From an uncultured virus (IMG/VR IMGVR_UViG_3300022223_000003) (Duplodnaviria > Heunggongvirae > Uroviricota > Caudoviricetes): a stretch of 64,000 bases of DNA. Every line of letters starts with the position of its first letter. Positions within the stretch are counted from its first letter, which is position 1. Shown in pieces: positions 9,390 to 19,827 of the stretch. The notes beneath the pieces were generated by a model. That model saw only the letters and a list, made by a program, of their open reading frames with translations. It ran no database searches and was not told where the DNA came from. Position numbers and translations under genes: made by a program. Where the stretch lies: IMG/VR virus record IMGVR_UViG_3300022223_000003; one strand, 5' to 3'.

Positions 9390-11209
9390 ACGCAACCGCC
9401 TATAGCGCAGGGTCACCTTACGAGGTCCAGGACACCAAGGAGTTCCGACGTGTCCTAGATCTCCGGCGGCGTGACTGGGAAGAGACGATCCGCATTGCGC
9501 CGCCCGGTCGCACAGAACCTCTCCTTGTCTTGATGACGCGGGCGTTCAAGCTCCCGCATGGTCAACAGGAACTGCGGCCGATTCAGGCCGCATCGCTCGC
9601 CGACGCTCACGATCTCGGAGGACTGCTCGCCCCGATCCGCGTCGGCGACGGCAAGACGTTGTTGACGTTCTTGCTGCCGATGGTGATCCCGGGCATCCAG
9701 CGACCGACGCTGCTTTTACGAGCATCGCTTGTTGAAAAGACATGGCGCGAGTTCAAGATCTTGGCGCAGCACTGGGCCACCCACCCCTGTTACACGACGC
9801 GCAAAGGTTTCGATGACTGCGTCATCACCTACGAAAAACTGGGGCGGCACACCGGACGCGAAAAGCTCACACAACGGCGACCGGATCTGCTGATGGCGGA
9901 CGAGGCCCATCGTTTGAAAAACCGTCAGGCCGCCTGCACGAAGCGTGTCGAGCGTTTCGTGATCGCCAACCCCGAGACGGTCTTCTGCGCGATGAGCGGC
10001 ACCATCACGACGCGCTCCATTCACGACTACTGGCACCTGGCGTATTGGGCACTCAGACACCACACGCCGCTGCCGCGGGTGCACGCCGAGATGGAGAAAT
10101 GGGCCGAAGCCCTCGACGAGAAGAAGACCTCTGACGTTAGCCGCCGCGACCCCGGCGTCCTGATGCAGTTTTGCACCGAAGAAGAGCGGCAGTCGGTCGC
10201 GACCATCAAACGAACTGCGCCGATCGGACGCACGCAGCAGATGCCAGTCCTACACTTCCGAGAGAAGTTGAAGGTGGCCCGCAACGGCTACCAACGACGG
10301 CTTCGGCAATCCCCCGGTGTCATCTGTTCACCGGACAAAGGTATCCCGTGTTCGCTTCTAATCCGGCGCTGTGACGTCGACCCAGGTGAAGCGGCCCGAA
10401 AGAAGCTCCAGGAGTTTCGCGAGTCGATGGAGGACCCCAACGGCGATCTCGTCACGACGCCGATGGATATGTGGCGACATGCCCGGGAGCTGGCGTGCGG
10501 CTTTTACTACAAATGGGACCCCCCGCCACCGGAGCATTGGATGACCGCTCGCAGAAGCTGGAGCTGGTCGGTTCGCAACATCTTGTTCCAGGACGGCATC
10601 TTCTACCACCAATACCAAAACCTCTTCCTCGACTCCCCCATGCAGGTCGGCCTCGCCATCCACGACGGTAAGATCTCCGATCCGGGTGTTTTGAAGGCCT
10701 ATGAGCGCTGGCAAGAGGTGAAAAACGACTACAAAATCAACACGGTAGCCGAATGGGTCGACGATTCGACACTAAAATACTGTTTGGGCTGGATGATTCA
10801 AAATGAATCTGGTATTGTCTGGACCGAACACGTCGCCTTCGGAGAACGTCTGGCGGCGGAAATGGGAACTGGCTTCTGTGGACGGCACGGCAAAGACGCA
10901 AACGGCAAGGCGATTGAGGACTACAACGGCGCCCCTGTCGTCGCGAGTGTCGCAGCCAACGCCGAAGGCCGTAACCTCCAGGCGTGGAATCGAAATCTTG
11001 TTGTCACCGCAAAACCGACTGGCGCGCTCTGGGAGCAGTTACTGGGGCGCACACATCGACCCGGGCAAGAAGGGGATACGGTATACTGTGACTGGATCTG
11101 TGCGTGCGACGAGCAGAACGCGGGTTTCCATCAGCTCATGGCGGATGCCCGCTACATCCAAGACACCACAGGGCAGAACCAGAAACTGCTCTACGCTGAT
11201 CACGTGTAG
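9386..11209 (+). CDS. superfamily 2 (SNF2-like) DNA helicase/ATPase
   Basis: VGDGKT (Walker A), DEAH, MSGT, EGRNLQ and EQLLGRTHRPGQ motifs. Confidence 0.9.
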   Translation: MNATAYSAGSPYEVQDTKEFRRVLDLRRRDWEETIRIAPPGRTEPLLVLMTRAFKLPHGQQELRPIQAASLADAHDLGGLLAPIRVGDGKTLLTFLLPMVIPGIQRPTLLLRASLVEKTWREFKILAQHWATHPCYTTRKGFDDCVITYEKLGRHTGREKLTQRRPDLLMADEAHRLKNRQAACTKRVERFVIANPETVFCAMSGTITTRSIHDYWHLAYWALRHHTPLPRVHAEMEKWAEALDEKKTSDVSRRDPGVLMQFCTEEERQSVATIKRTAPIGRTQQMPVLHFREKLKVARNGYQRRLRQSPGVICSPDKGIPCSLLIRRCDVDPGEAARKKLQEFRESMEDPNGDLVTTPMDMWRHARELACGFYYKWDPPPPEHWMTARRSWSWSVRNILFQDGIFYHQYQNLFLDSPMQVGLAIHDGKISDPGVLKAYERWQEVKNDYKINTVAEWVDDSTLKYCLGWMIQNESGIVWTEHVAFGERLAAEMGTGFCGRHGKDANGKAIEDYNGAPVVASVAANAEGRNLQAWNRNLVVTAKPTGALWEQLLGRTHRPGQEGDTVYCDWICACDEQNAGFHQLMADARYIQDTTGQNQKLLYADHV

Positions 11210-11218
11210 GGGGTTGCA

Positions 11219-11689
11219 ATGCTGACACCTATCCACAAACACCTTGGCTTGTTTCGCGATCAACACACAGGCCAGGTTTTCAACAGGAGGGATTTCCACC
11301 CGTGGGAGACGTCGGAGATATTCGTGGGGCTCAGTTGGGCCAAGGTTTTTTCTGATGCGGATCTGGTGATTGCAGGGTGGCGTTTCACGGTGCCTGTTTG
11401 GCCCCAAGACGTTGTTGAAGTACAGCAGCGTGTGACGCTCGTGGCGCAAGAAAAAATCTTGTCTGTCCTGTCGCTGTCTTCCTTGCTTACGTGCGTCGGG
11501 GAGATTGACCCGCAGATCGGACCCCAGGATCAGAGCGCAGACCGATATCGCCGCAACAGAAAGGCCGAGATGTTGGACACGGTGGGGGTGCTCGTTCGTC
11601 GGCAATCTCTGGTGGAAGTACAACTCGAAGAGCGGCCTGTGGAGATAGGCCTGCGTTTGCATCTTTACGGCATGGTGCGAGCTAGGTAG
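11219..11689 (+). CDS. hypothetical protein
   Basis: 156-aa ORF filling the gap between helicase and next gene; GGGGG RBS-like run upstream. Confidence 0.5.
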   Translation: MLTPIHKHLGLFRDQHTGQVFNRRDFHPWETSEIFVGLSWAKVFSDADLVIAGWRFTVPVWPQDVVEVQQRVTLVAQEKILSVLSLSSLLTCVGEIDPQIGPQDQSADRYRRNRKAEMLDTVGVLVRRQSLVEVQLEERPVEIGLRLHLYGMVRAR

Positions 11690-11713
11690 CTCGCTGAAAG
11701 GATAAGACAGGCA

Positions 11714-12661
11714 ATGACAGATGGACAAGGAAACGGTTGGCAGCCGCCTCCCCAGGGCGGTGGTTGGGGGCAACAGGCGCCCCCGCTGCCACAGCAGCCT
11801 GCCCAGCAGCAGGGCTACCCGCCGCAGCAGGGCTACCCGCCGCAGCAGGGCTACCCGCCGCAGCAGCAGCCGCCTGGGCAATACCCGATGCCTCAGCAAC
11901 AGCAGCTCCCGCCGGGTCAGGATGACGTTTTCGCCGGGCTCAACAGTGGCGAAGGCGTCACGCGATACCCCTATCTGAATCCGGGCTGCGCCTACAAGCT
12001 GCGCATCTCGTCGATCCGCTTCAAGAACTCCCGCAAGGGTAAGTCGCTGTTCATCATCGAGCACGACATCGTGGAGACGAACGATCCGCAGCTCCCCGCC
12101 GGGACACGCAGCACGAGTTTCATCGACATGAGCAATGTCAACATGCGTGGCATCAACATGGCGAAGTTCGTCTCGGCGATCCATGGCGTCGATCCGTCGA
12201 CGATCCCACAGAACAGTGACTACGCCCCGTGGGCTGACCCGAACACCGGCCAACCACGTAGCTGGACGGATTACGCCCGCGAAGCGGTCCATGACAGCAA
12301 CCCGTGGGTGAACCGCGAGGTCGGCTGTTTCACGGACAACACCACAACGCAGGCTGGGAGAGATTTCACGGTCCACAACTGGGTACCCATCGCGGGTATG
12401 GAGATCCCGGTGCAGACGGCCGCTTTCCCCGCAGCCCCGCCCCAGGGCTACCAGCAGCCCCAGCAGCCGCCCCAGGGCTACCAGCAGCCGCCCCAGGGCT
12501 ACCAGCAGCCCCAGCAGCCCCAGCAGCCGCCCCAGGGCTACCAGCAGCAACCCCAGGGCTACCAGGCGCCCCAGACACAGAGCTACCCCCAGCAGCAGCC
12601 GAATCCGAACGGGATGCCGCCCCCCGGCGGTCAGGGCGGCTGGAATCCCCAGGGCGGCTGA
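11714..12661 (+). CDS. putative ssDNA-binding/replication accessory protein with PQQGY low-complexity tails
   Basis: beta-rich central domain flanked by YPPQQG and PPQGYQQ repeats; lies between helicase and polymerase. The SSB role is inferred from context only. Confidence 0.5.
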   Translation: MTDGQGNGWQPPPQGGGWGQQAPPLPQQPAQQQGYPPQQGYPPQQGYPPQQQPPGQYPMPQQQQLPPGQDDVFAGLNSGEGVTRYPYLNPGCAYKLRISSIRFKNSRKGKSLFIIEHDIVETNDPQLPAGTRSTSFIDMSNVNMRGINMAKFVSAIHGVDPSTIPQNSDYAPWADPNTGQPRSWTDYAREAVHDSNPWVNREVGCFTDNTTTQAGRDFTVHNWVPIAGMEIPVQTAAFPAAPPQGYQQPQQPPQGYQQPPQGYQQPQQPQQPPQGYQQQPQGYQAPQTQSYPQQQPNPNGMPPPGGQGGWNPQGG

Positions 12662-12741
12662 GCCGGAGGCAGAACAGAAACGGGAAACAACTTGCCGCCC
12701 GGCGCCGAGAGCGGGTGCCGGGCGGCAGGGAGCGGGGAGCT

Positions 12742-13032
12742 ATGCGATCACGTGAGGATACGAACGCACTGTTGAAACACGCCGTTGTAGCCAACGGCAC
12801 CGAAGCGCAATGGGAGCAGGTGGTCGAAGAGTGCGCCGAGTTGATTGTCGCGATCAAACACACGAAGCGCGGCAAGGCCACGGTGCACGATCTGCTTGAA
12901 GAGATCGCCGACGTCATCATCATGTCGCAGCAGGCGCGTTTGATGGCCGGCCCAAGTTTGGTCGACGCGGTGGTCGAAGCGAAGCTCGACCGTTTGGAGA
13001 AGCAGCTCGGCGAGAAGGGGGCTCCGAAGTGA
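12742..13032 (+). CDS. MazG-like NTP pyrophosphohydrolase
   Basis: EECAEL...EEIADV (ExxE...ExxD) motif; ATG at 12742 after GGGGAG. Confidence 0.8.
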   Translation: MRSREDTNALLKHAVVANGTEAQWEQVVEECAELIVAIKHTKRGKATVHDLLEEIADVIIMSQQARLMAGPSLVDAVVEAKLDRLEKQLGEKGAPK

Positions 13033-13228
13033 TTCACAACGCCGAGATCCATATTTTTCGTGCTGACCCCAACAAACACGACGGCCAAGAAGGTTTCCTA
13101 TTCGCAGTCGATCGAGAGCGCCATCTAAGGGTGCGTTCCACACGGGTGTACGCTTCACGAGCCCAGGCTGCTATGGCTGCGGGGCTCTGGCTCGATGCTT
13201 TGGAAGTCGAACTAAAGGTATCTGCGCA

Positions 13229-13735
13229 ATGAGGTTTTTCTTTGACACCGAGTTCATCGAGGATGGCCGCACCATCGACCTGCTGTCCATCGGTATTGTC
13301 GCTGAAGACGGCCGCGAGCTGTACCTTGAAAACGCGAACGCGGATTTCAGACAGGCCGACCCGTGGGTGCGCGAGAACGTTTTCACGTCCATGTTGTGGA
13401 CTCCGGCGGTTCAGCGAGATGGGCTAGAAATCCAACATGAGGTGCGCCTGTTCTGCGATCCCGAGGAGTACGGCAAACCCGAGTTCTGGGCCTACTATGC
13501 CGATTACGATTGGGTCGTGCTCTGCCAGCTCTTCGGTCGCATGGTCGACCTTCCCAAAGGTTGGCCGAAGTTCTGCCTGGACTTCAAACAACGCCTCGTC
13601 GAGCACGGAGATCTGCCGATCCAAAAACCCTCAGATGAGCACGCACACAACGCGCTCGAAGACGCGAGGTGGCTAAAAAGCGCATTCGAGCGCACCGAGC
13701 GCTTGATTTCCGACATGCTCAGGGCGGGGGCATGA
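13229..13735 (+). CDS. DEDDh 3'-5' exonuclease (Rv2179c/RNase AS-like)
   Basis: FFDTEF, LSIG, YDWV and HNALEDARW motifs. Confidence 0.88.
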   Translation: MRFFFDTEFIEDGRTIDLLSIGIVAEDGRELYLENANADFRQADPWVRENVFTSMLWTPAVQRDGLEIQHEVRLFCDPEEYGKPEFWAYYADYDWVVLCQLFGRMVDLPKGWPKFCLDFKQRLVEHGDLPIQKPSDEHAHNALEDARWLKSAFERTERLISDMLRAGA

Positions 13736-14005
13736 CCACAATGAAGGTCGTCACGCTCGATGCCTACGAGCAACACGGAACGGCAATCATCGCACCCGAT
13801 GACACCGTCTGGATCGCCTACTGCCCGCGGCCGTGGGACTTGGCAACGCGCCTGTGGTGGTTCTTTTGCCCGGTCGACAAGAAGGGGTGGATGACGCTCA
13901 CGACGAAAGACGGTCGCAAGGTGCGAACCCGAGCGATTCGCGTCGCACATCGCCACGTTCGCATCGGACAAGCTCAGGTGGAGATGGGTTTTCAAGGTTG
14001 AGGAG

Positions 14006-17000
14006 ATGCTCGCCTGGGACACCGAGACCGCGCCGATCAAGGCGGCACAGCTGGCCCCGCCGTTGGCGTGCATCACGTTCAGCGACGGCGACCGCTCGGA
14101 CATCGTCCACTGGAAAGATCCAGGCGCTGAAGGGTGCGCCCGCTGGTTACTCGAACAAGAGACCACGACCGCCAACGGCCCCGGCTTCGACTTAGCGGTG
14201 TTGTGGGCGGCGTTCCCCAACCTGCGCGATCTAGTCTGGGAGGCTCTTGTCGAGGGCCGCGTCCACGACGTCCAGACGCGACAGAAGTTGATGGACATTG
14301 GGGCCGGGAAGTTCCGCCGCGCCTTCAAGAAGCTACCTGGCGCAGAGAAGGTGTCTCTTCTTGGCTACAGCCTGAGCGACTTGCACGCTCGCCACTTCGG
14401 AACTTTCATGGAGAAGGACGAGTGGCGTTTGCAGTACGGCCGTTTGCGTGAGTATCCGCTTGAACAGTGGCCCGATGGCGCCCTGAAGTATGCGACCTTC
14501 GACGCGGTTGCGACGAGTCGCGTTCATGTCGCGCAAGACACCGCGGCGGCTTCATTCGACAAGCACAACCTGTGGGACGAACCGAACCAAGTGCGAGCCC
14601 ACTTCGCCTTGCATCTGATGAGCTGCTGGGGTTTCGCCGCTGACCCGATCCAGGTCAAGCGCGTCATCGACGCCATCGACGCGGAGATGCCCGACCTAGT
14701 TCGCCGTCTACGTGTTGCAGGCCTTGTCCGTTACGAAGGGTGGGGCAAATACGTTCGCAGTGAAAAGCTCGCCAAGAGGATGATGTACGAGGCCGTCGGT
14801 GACGCAGGGGAGCTGACTGAGACGGGCTACAAGAAGGTCAAAAAGAAGGAGATGAACAAGGATGAAGCCCTGCGGGCGGGCTACATCAAGATCGACGAAG
14901 AGTGGTGCGAGATCAGCAAGAACCCGGCGCTCATCGACTACTATCACTTCCGCCAGAATCAGTTGCTCAGAGCAAAGTTGGAGCACATCCACACCGCGGC
15001 GCAGCGACGGCTGCCGATCCAGACCGGCTTCGAGCCGATCATGGAGACGGGTCGTACCAGCAGCCGCGAAAACAAGATCATCGAGAACTCGATGGCACTC
15101 CAGAACCCTCCTCGCAAACCGTTGTTGGAGAAGGACGGCAAGACACCGCTCAAAGACGAACACGGCAAACCCGTCGGCGGTTTGCGCGAGTGTCTGGTGT
15201 CGCGGGAAGGTTGCACGCTCATCGCGGCCGACTACGGCCAGGCAGAGCTGGTGTCGCTGGCGCAGATCACCTACGCCGCTTTCGGTCACAGCAAGATGCG
15301 TGATCTGCTCAACGCAGATCGAGACATCCACGTTGATTTTGGTTCCCAGGTCATGGCGACGCAGATGGGTGTTCCCGTCACTTACGAGAAAGCCTGGGCT
15401 CTTCATCTGGCTAAGGACAAGCAGATGAAGGAGATGCGGCAGATGGCCAAGTGTTTTCATGGAGACACGGAGGTATTGACGAAGACGGGGTGGACGAAAA
15501 TATCGGAACTACCGATGTTGACTGAAGTGGCGGCAGCACGGTTTCACGACGGAGGAAAAACTACTATTCACTGGGAAGTACCAAGACGTCTGACAACAAG
15601 AACAGCAGACGAGCTGGTTCATATCGAAAACGAGAACATAGATTTGTGGATAACACCTGACCACCGGATGGCAGCGTGGAAGAACAAGATCTCAGAACCC
15701 TCAGACCTACGAGATCCCGAAACGGGGCGAATGTTACCCAACGGTGGGAGACAGTGGAAAAAACGACGTCTGGTACACGAGGTTTGTCTACCGGAAGAAC
15801 TTGGCAAGAAACGAGCGTGGCCAAGCGCCGGTTTATGTGAAGACACATTCGCGACAGCAGGGGAGCTGTGTTTACGTTTGGCAGTAGCTGTTCAAGCTGA
15901 CGGCAACTACAGCAGCGGAAATACAATCCGTCTCGGATTCACGAAGAAGCGGAAAATAGAGCGTATGCGATCTCTTCTTCGCGCTGGAGATATACCACAT
16001 GAAGAGAAATCTGTTGGTTCTGCAAAGGTAACAACTTTCTACGTCCGTGGTGAGGCGTCTGATCAGATACGTCGGCTGTTAGATCTAGACAAAACGCTGC
16101 CTTGGTGGTGGTTAGAGCTGGGAGTCAATCTCAGGGAAGCAGTGTTGGATGAAGCCCGACACTGGGACGCCCACATACCACCTAGAGGTAAGAACAACTG
16201 GAACTACTCCTCGACGATCAAGAAAAACGTTGATGTTGTCCACGCACTAGCGTCGATTACTAACCACAAAGCAACCCTGAAACTGGACGGAAGTTGTTGG
16301 AAACTGAGTGTGAAAGACCGTGCCAACACACGCGGCGGAAACCTGAACGCTACGCGGGTTCCATGGGGAGGCGATGTTCACTGTCTAACGGTTCCTTCAG
16401 ACGCGATCCTCGTCCGTTACAACGGTAAGACAACCGTTACACATCAGTGCGCAGATTTTGGTTTTCCTGGGGGTTTGGGGTGGAGTAGTTTTCAATCCTA
16501 CGCGAGAAAAGCGTGGGCCGTCGAGCTGACCGGCGAGCAGGCCAAGCAGCTGAAACGCTACTGGCTCGCCCACTTCCCCGAGATGGTCGACTACTTCCGG
16601 TGGATGTCAGATCTGATGGAAGCCGGGGACGGACAAGCCGCGGTGCAGCAGTTCATGAGCAAGCGCTGGCGCGGAAAGTGTTTCTACACGCAGGGCTGCA
16701 ACACGCTGTTTCAGGGGCTCACCGCCGACGCGGCCAAAGCCGCACTCTTCGAGGTCAGCCGTCGGTGCTACACGGTGCCGTCGAGCGCTCTCTATGGCTG
16801 CCGCCCCGTGCTCTTCGTCCACGACGAGATCATCACCGAGGCACCCCGGGAGCAGGCCGCCGAAGCCGCGCTCGAAAAAGAGAAGGTCATGGTCGAGATC
16901 TACCAGCGCTACACACCGGACGTTCGCATCACGGCCGACGCGCACTTGATGGATCGATGGAGCAAGGACGCCGAGGCGACCTATGACGAGCGCGGCAAGC

Positions 17001-17068
17001 TGGTCCCATGGCAGCCGCCAGAGGACAAGGACGAACAAGCCGAGTGGGACTTGTTGGTGGCGACGTGA
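14006..17068 (+). CDS. polA: family A DNA polymerase with 3'-5' exonuclease domain, interrupted by an intein
   Basis: WDTET (ExoI), YATFD (ExoIII), TGRTSS, QNPP, ADYGQAEL (motif A), RQMAK|CADFG (motif B split by intein), NTLFQG, VHDEI (motif C). Confidence 0.93.
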   Translation: MLAWDTETAPIKAAQLAPPLACITFSDGDRSDIVHWKDPGAEGCARWLLEQETTTANGPGFDLAVLWAAFPNLRDLVWEALVEGRVHDVQTRQKLMDIGAGKFRRAFKKLPGAEKVSLLGYSLSDLHARHFGTFMEKDEWRLQYGRLREYPLEQWPDGALKYATFDAVATSRVHVAQDTAAASFDKHNLWDEPNQVRAHFALHLMSCWGFAADPIQVKRVIDAIDAEMPDLVRRLRVAGLVRYEGWGKYVRSEKLAKRMMYEAVGDAGELTETGYKKVKKKEMNKDEALRAGYIKIDEEWCEISKNPALIDYYHFRQNQLLRAKLEHIHTAAQRRLPIQTGFEPIMETGRTSSRENKIIENSMALQNPPRKPLLEKDGKTPLKDEHGKPVGGLRECLVSREGCTLIAADYGQAELVSLAQITYAAFGHSKMRDLLNADRDIHVDFGSQVMATQMGVPVTYEKAWALHLAKDKQMKEMRQMAKCFHGDTEVLTKTGWTKISELPMLTEVAAARFHDGGKTTIHWEVPRRLTTRTADELVHIENENIDLWITPDHRMAAWKNKISEPSDLRDPETGRMLPNGGRQWKKRRLVHEVCLPEELGKKRAWPSAGLCEDTFATAGELCLRLAVAVQADGNYSSGNTIRLGFTKKRKIERMRSLLRAGDIPHEEKSVGSAKVTTFYVRGEASDQIRRLLDLDKTLPWWWLELGVNLREAVLDEARHWDAHIPPRGKNNWNYSSTIKKNVDVVHALASITNHKATLKLDGSCWKLSVKDRANTRGGNLNATRVPWGGDVHCLTVPSDAILVRYNGKTTVTHQCADFGFPGGLGWSSFQSYARKAWAVELTGEQAKQLKRYWLAHFPEMVDYFRWMSDLMEAGDGQAAVQQFMSKRWRGKCFYTQGCNTLFQGLTADAAKAALFEVSRRCYTVPSSALYGCRPVLFVHDEIITEAPREQAAEAALEKEKVMVEIYQRYTPDVRITADAHLMDRWSKDAEATYDERGKLVPWQPPEDKDEQAEWDLLVAT
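15452..16447 (+). mobile_element. intein with LAGLIDADG homing endonuclease (332 aa), C-terminal His-Gln
   Basis: Starts CFHGDTEVLTKTGW; block B ITPDHRM; LAVAVQADG endonuclease motif; ends VHCLTV...TTVTHQ followed by Cys+1; lower GC than flanks. Confidence 0.92.
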
Positions 17069-17541
17069 CGCTCGAAGAAGCCAAAAGAGCTTTTTTTGAA
17101 GAAGCGAAACAAGACGGCGCCGTGTGTCCGTGTTGTGAGCGCTTCGGGAAGGTGTACAAGAGAAAGCTCCATAGCTCGATGGTCGCCGTGCTCCTGTTGC
17201 TGTATCGACACAGGTCACTAGGTTTCGTGCATGTACATACGCTCATCAACCAGATGAGCGACCCGCGTGTAGCAGCCGCTATTCGGGGTGATTTTGCAAA
17301 ACTCCGCTACTGGGGTCTAATCGAAGAGGGTTTTGAGGTTCAAGAAAACGAAGACAAAAAACATAACGGCACGTGGCGTATCACAGAGAACGGATGTCTA
17401 TTCGCTGAAGGAAAACTCAGGGTTTACAGCAGGATCTGGTTGTACAACACAAAATACTTAGGTGTTGCGGATTACAACACTGTGGATGTGCACGAAGCAC
17501 TTAGAGACAAGTTCAGTTATAGAGAGTTGATGGGGTTGTGA
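17065..17541 (+). CDS. hypothetical protein with CPCC motif, possible winged-helix DNA binder
   Basis: GTG start overlapping the polymerase stop; CPCC and LRYWGLIE motifs. Confidence 0.55.
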   Translation: MTLEEAKRAFFEEAKQDGAVCPCCERFGKVYKRKLHSSMVAVLLLLYRHRSLGFVHVHTLINQMSDPRVAAAIRGDFAKLRYWGLIEEGFEVQENEDKKHNGTWRITENGCLFAEGKLRVYSRIWLYNTKYLGVADYNTVDVHEALRDKFSYRELMGL

Positions 17542-18773
17542 ACCTTGAAGACTGGGAAGCGCTCGTCGCGCTCTGGCAAGGACAAGGACGCGACATCCGA
17601 TACCTCGACATCCCGCCCGAGATTGCAGAGAAACTTGGAGTTGACCTACCCCCACCACCCCCACCTGTACAGGAGAGACCGATGACAGAAGAAACGATGC
17701 AGAACGCCTTCTTGGAGTGGAAACGCAAGAAGTATTTTCCGGCCGACAAGTGCGGTCTCAAAGGCTGCCAGCGAGCCGCTGAGGGCTACATCTCGGACAT
17801 CAAACCCACCAAGGGCGGAAACCCCAACGGACGGCTTTGGTACGGCCCGGCGTGCAGCAAGTGCCCGCCGAAGCAGAAGCCGGGGACCACGGTTCGCCCC
17901 ATGACGTTCGCCGAGCTGGCCCACCAACGCAACGGGGCGAGCGATCTGGCGTTCGTGCTCGACATCGAGGTCGGCGAGGTTCTCAAGAGGCTCGAAGCCG
18001 CGAATATCGACGAGAGGGGGCAGCGCGTAGGCGGCCAGCCCCAGCTCCCGCACACCAACCCGCAGGCCCCGCCCCAGGCACCCCCCATGGACATGACCGC
18101 GCAGCCCCAGGCCCCGCCCCAGGCGCAGCCCCAGGCCCCCGCTGCCGCCGTCCCGCAGATGCAGCAGCAGACTGTCGCAGCGGCCGAAGGGGTGATCGTC
18201 CCGGTCGATACCTTGAAGGCGTCCTACGACGAGAGCGAGGGTCTGCTCGTCGCCCTCGGGTCCTTCCACGTCACGAACCAGCAGCAGATGAACGCCGCCG
18301 GAGAGTTCCTCAAGGAAGTCAAGAGCAAGTGGAGGGCCATCGACCAGCTGCGCAAAGACTTGGGCGAGCCCCTGCGCGGCAAGCTCCAGGAGATCCAAAA
18401 CTACTTCAAACCCGCGCTCGACTCTTTGGCCAAGGCCGAGGGCGTCCTGAAGCTGAAGATCTCCGAGGGCAACACCCGCGCCCAGCAGGCGCAGCAGGCG
18501 GCTCTGGAGGCCGCCCAGCAGGCCCACGCCCAGGGCAACGTGCAGGCGACCGCGGCGGCGTCTCAGGCCGCGGCACAGGCCGACGTGGCGATGCCCCAGG
18601 GTGTCCACCAGAGCAGCCGGATCAAGTTCGAGATCGTCGACCCGAGTCAGCTCCCGGGCAACTTCTGGAGCCCTGACGTAGCCAAGATCCAGGCAGCCAT
18701 CAACGCCGGGCATCGCCAGATCCCGGGTGTGCGCATCTGGGAAGATCAGGGCGTCGTCAGCCGGGCGTCGTGA
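17538..18773 (+). CDS. hypothetical protein: Cys-rich N-terminus, P/Q linker, coiled coil, phage IPGV-type C-terminus
   Basis: 411-aa ORF ending IQAAINAGHRQIPGVRIWE. Confidence 0.65.
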   Translation: MNLEDWEALVALWQGQGRDIRYLDIPPEIAEKLGVDLPPPPPPVQERPMTEETMQNAFLEWKRKKYFPADKCGLKGCQRAAEGYISDIKPTKGGNPNGRLWYGPACSKCPPKQKPGTTVRPMTFAELAHQRNGASDLAFVLDIEVGEVLKRLEAANIDERGQRVGGQPQLPHTNPQAPPQAPPMDMTAQPQAPPQAQPQAPAAAVPQMQQQTVAAAEGVIVPVDTLKASYDESEGLLVALGSFHVTNQQQMNAAGEFLKEVKSKWRAIDQLRKDLGEPLRGKLQEIQNYFKPALDSLAKAEGVLKLKISEGNTRAQQAQQAALEAAQQAHAQGNVQATAAASQAAAQADVAMPQGVHQSSRIKFEIVDPSQLPGNFWSPDVAKIQAAINAGHRQIPGVRIWEDQGVVSRAS

Positions 18774-19017
18774 AGAGCCACGACTACCTTCGCTACGTCG
18801 TCAAACACGACGGCGAAATCATCGGCGCCAGCAACCAGCTAGACGGCGCCGTGAAGATGGGCCTCACGGTCAAGACTTTCGAGATCTTCGACAAAGAAGA
18901 TGATGTCGATCTCAAGGTCCCTGGGCCGTGGAAGATCGCGAGCTGCGACGGCTACACACTCATCATCAACAAACCCGGTGGTGGTCAGGAGATCACCACC
19001 CTCGACGAGAACTGAAC

Positions 19018-19401
19018 ATGTATAAACCCACAGTCATCACCCTCTGCGGCTCCAGTCGCTTCCAGGCCGAACACGAAGCGATGCAGGCCCGAGAAACCCT
19101 ACTCGGGAAGATCGTCATCCCGATGGGGTTTTACCATCACAACCAGCTGGTCCCGATCACCGCGGAGCAGAAGAAAGCGCTTGACCAGCTCCATTTTCGC
19201 AAGATCGACCTCAGTGACGGCATCTTGGTCATCAACCCCAACGGCTACATCGGCGAGAGCACTCGGAACGAAATCGCCTATGCCGTTGCTCAGGGTAAAG
19301 ACATCGCCTTCTACGATAGAGACGAGGGTGAATCCTTCATGGAAAAGAACGCCCACGCAATCGGGGCCCTGGTTGCCGGGTTCGCAGAGACAAGGTTGTA
19401 G
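19018..19401 (+). CDS. nucleoside deoxyribosyltransferase-like (Rossmann-like) protein
   Basis: ITLCGSSRF...HFRKIDLSDGILVIN..GYIGESTRNEIAYA. Confidence 0.7.
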   Translation: MYKPTVITLCGSSRFQAEHEAMQARETLLGKIVIPMGFYHHNQLVPITAEQKKALDQLHFRKIDLSDGILVINPNGYIGESTRNEIAYAVAQGKDIAFYDRDEGESFMEKNAHAIGALVAGFAETRL

Positions 19402-19464
19402 CGTATAACTCAGAGATGGGTTGGAGGCCATGGGTTTTTATCACTACAAACAAAAGTATGAACT

Positions 19465-19827
19465 ATGATCCGAGTCGTCATCGAGAGCCCGCTGGCGGGC
19501 GACTTCGAGCGAAACCGTCGCTACGCGCTGTGGTGCGCCTACCACTGCTGCACCCGAGGCGAGGCGGCCTACGCCAGCCACTTGGTCTTCCCGCAGTTTC
19601 TAGACGACCAGAACCCAGAGCATCGCGAGTTCGGGATTCAGGCCGGGTACGAGTGGGCGCAGTGCGGCGGCATCATTGCCTTCTACTTGGATCTGGGAAC
19701 CAGCTACGGCATGAAGCGAGCCTACAAACGCTGGGAGAACAAGGTCGTCGACGAGCGACGGCTGCCGCGGGAGATGTTCGAGGCTTTCGAGCGCGGCGAA
19801 TACCCTGGAAGCACGGCTGGTTTCTGA
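19465..19827 (+). CDS. DUF4406-like / NDT-like protein
   Basis: VIESPLAGD..RN..YA...ASHL.FPQFLDD...R..G. Confidence 0.65.
   Translation: MIRVVIESPLAGDFERNRRYALWCAYHCCTRGEAAYASHLVFPQFLDDQNPEHREFGIQAGYEWAQCGGIIAFYLDLGTSYGMKRAYKRWENKVVDERRLPREMFEAFERGEYPGSTAGF

Noticed and set aside
11039..12550. 503-aa minus-strand ORF
   Set aside because: Antisense shadow of GC-rich plus-strand genes; no motifs or RBS
19428..19445. Sequence after the solitary half-repeat matching CCATGGGTT at 2820 in the primase gene
   Set aside because: Only 9 nt and the flank is TCA rather than TTN; not distinguishable from chance
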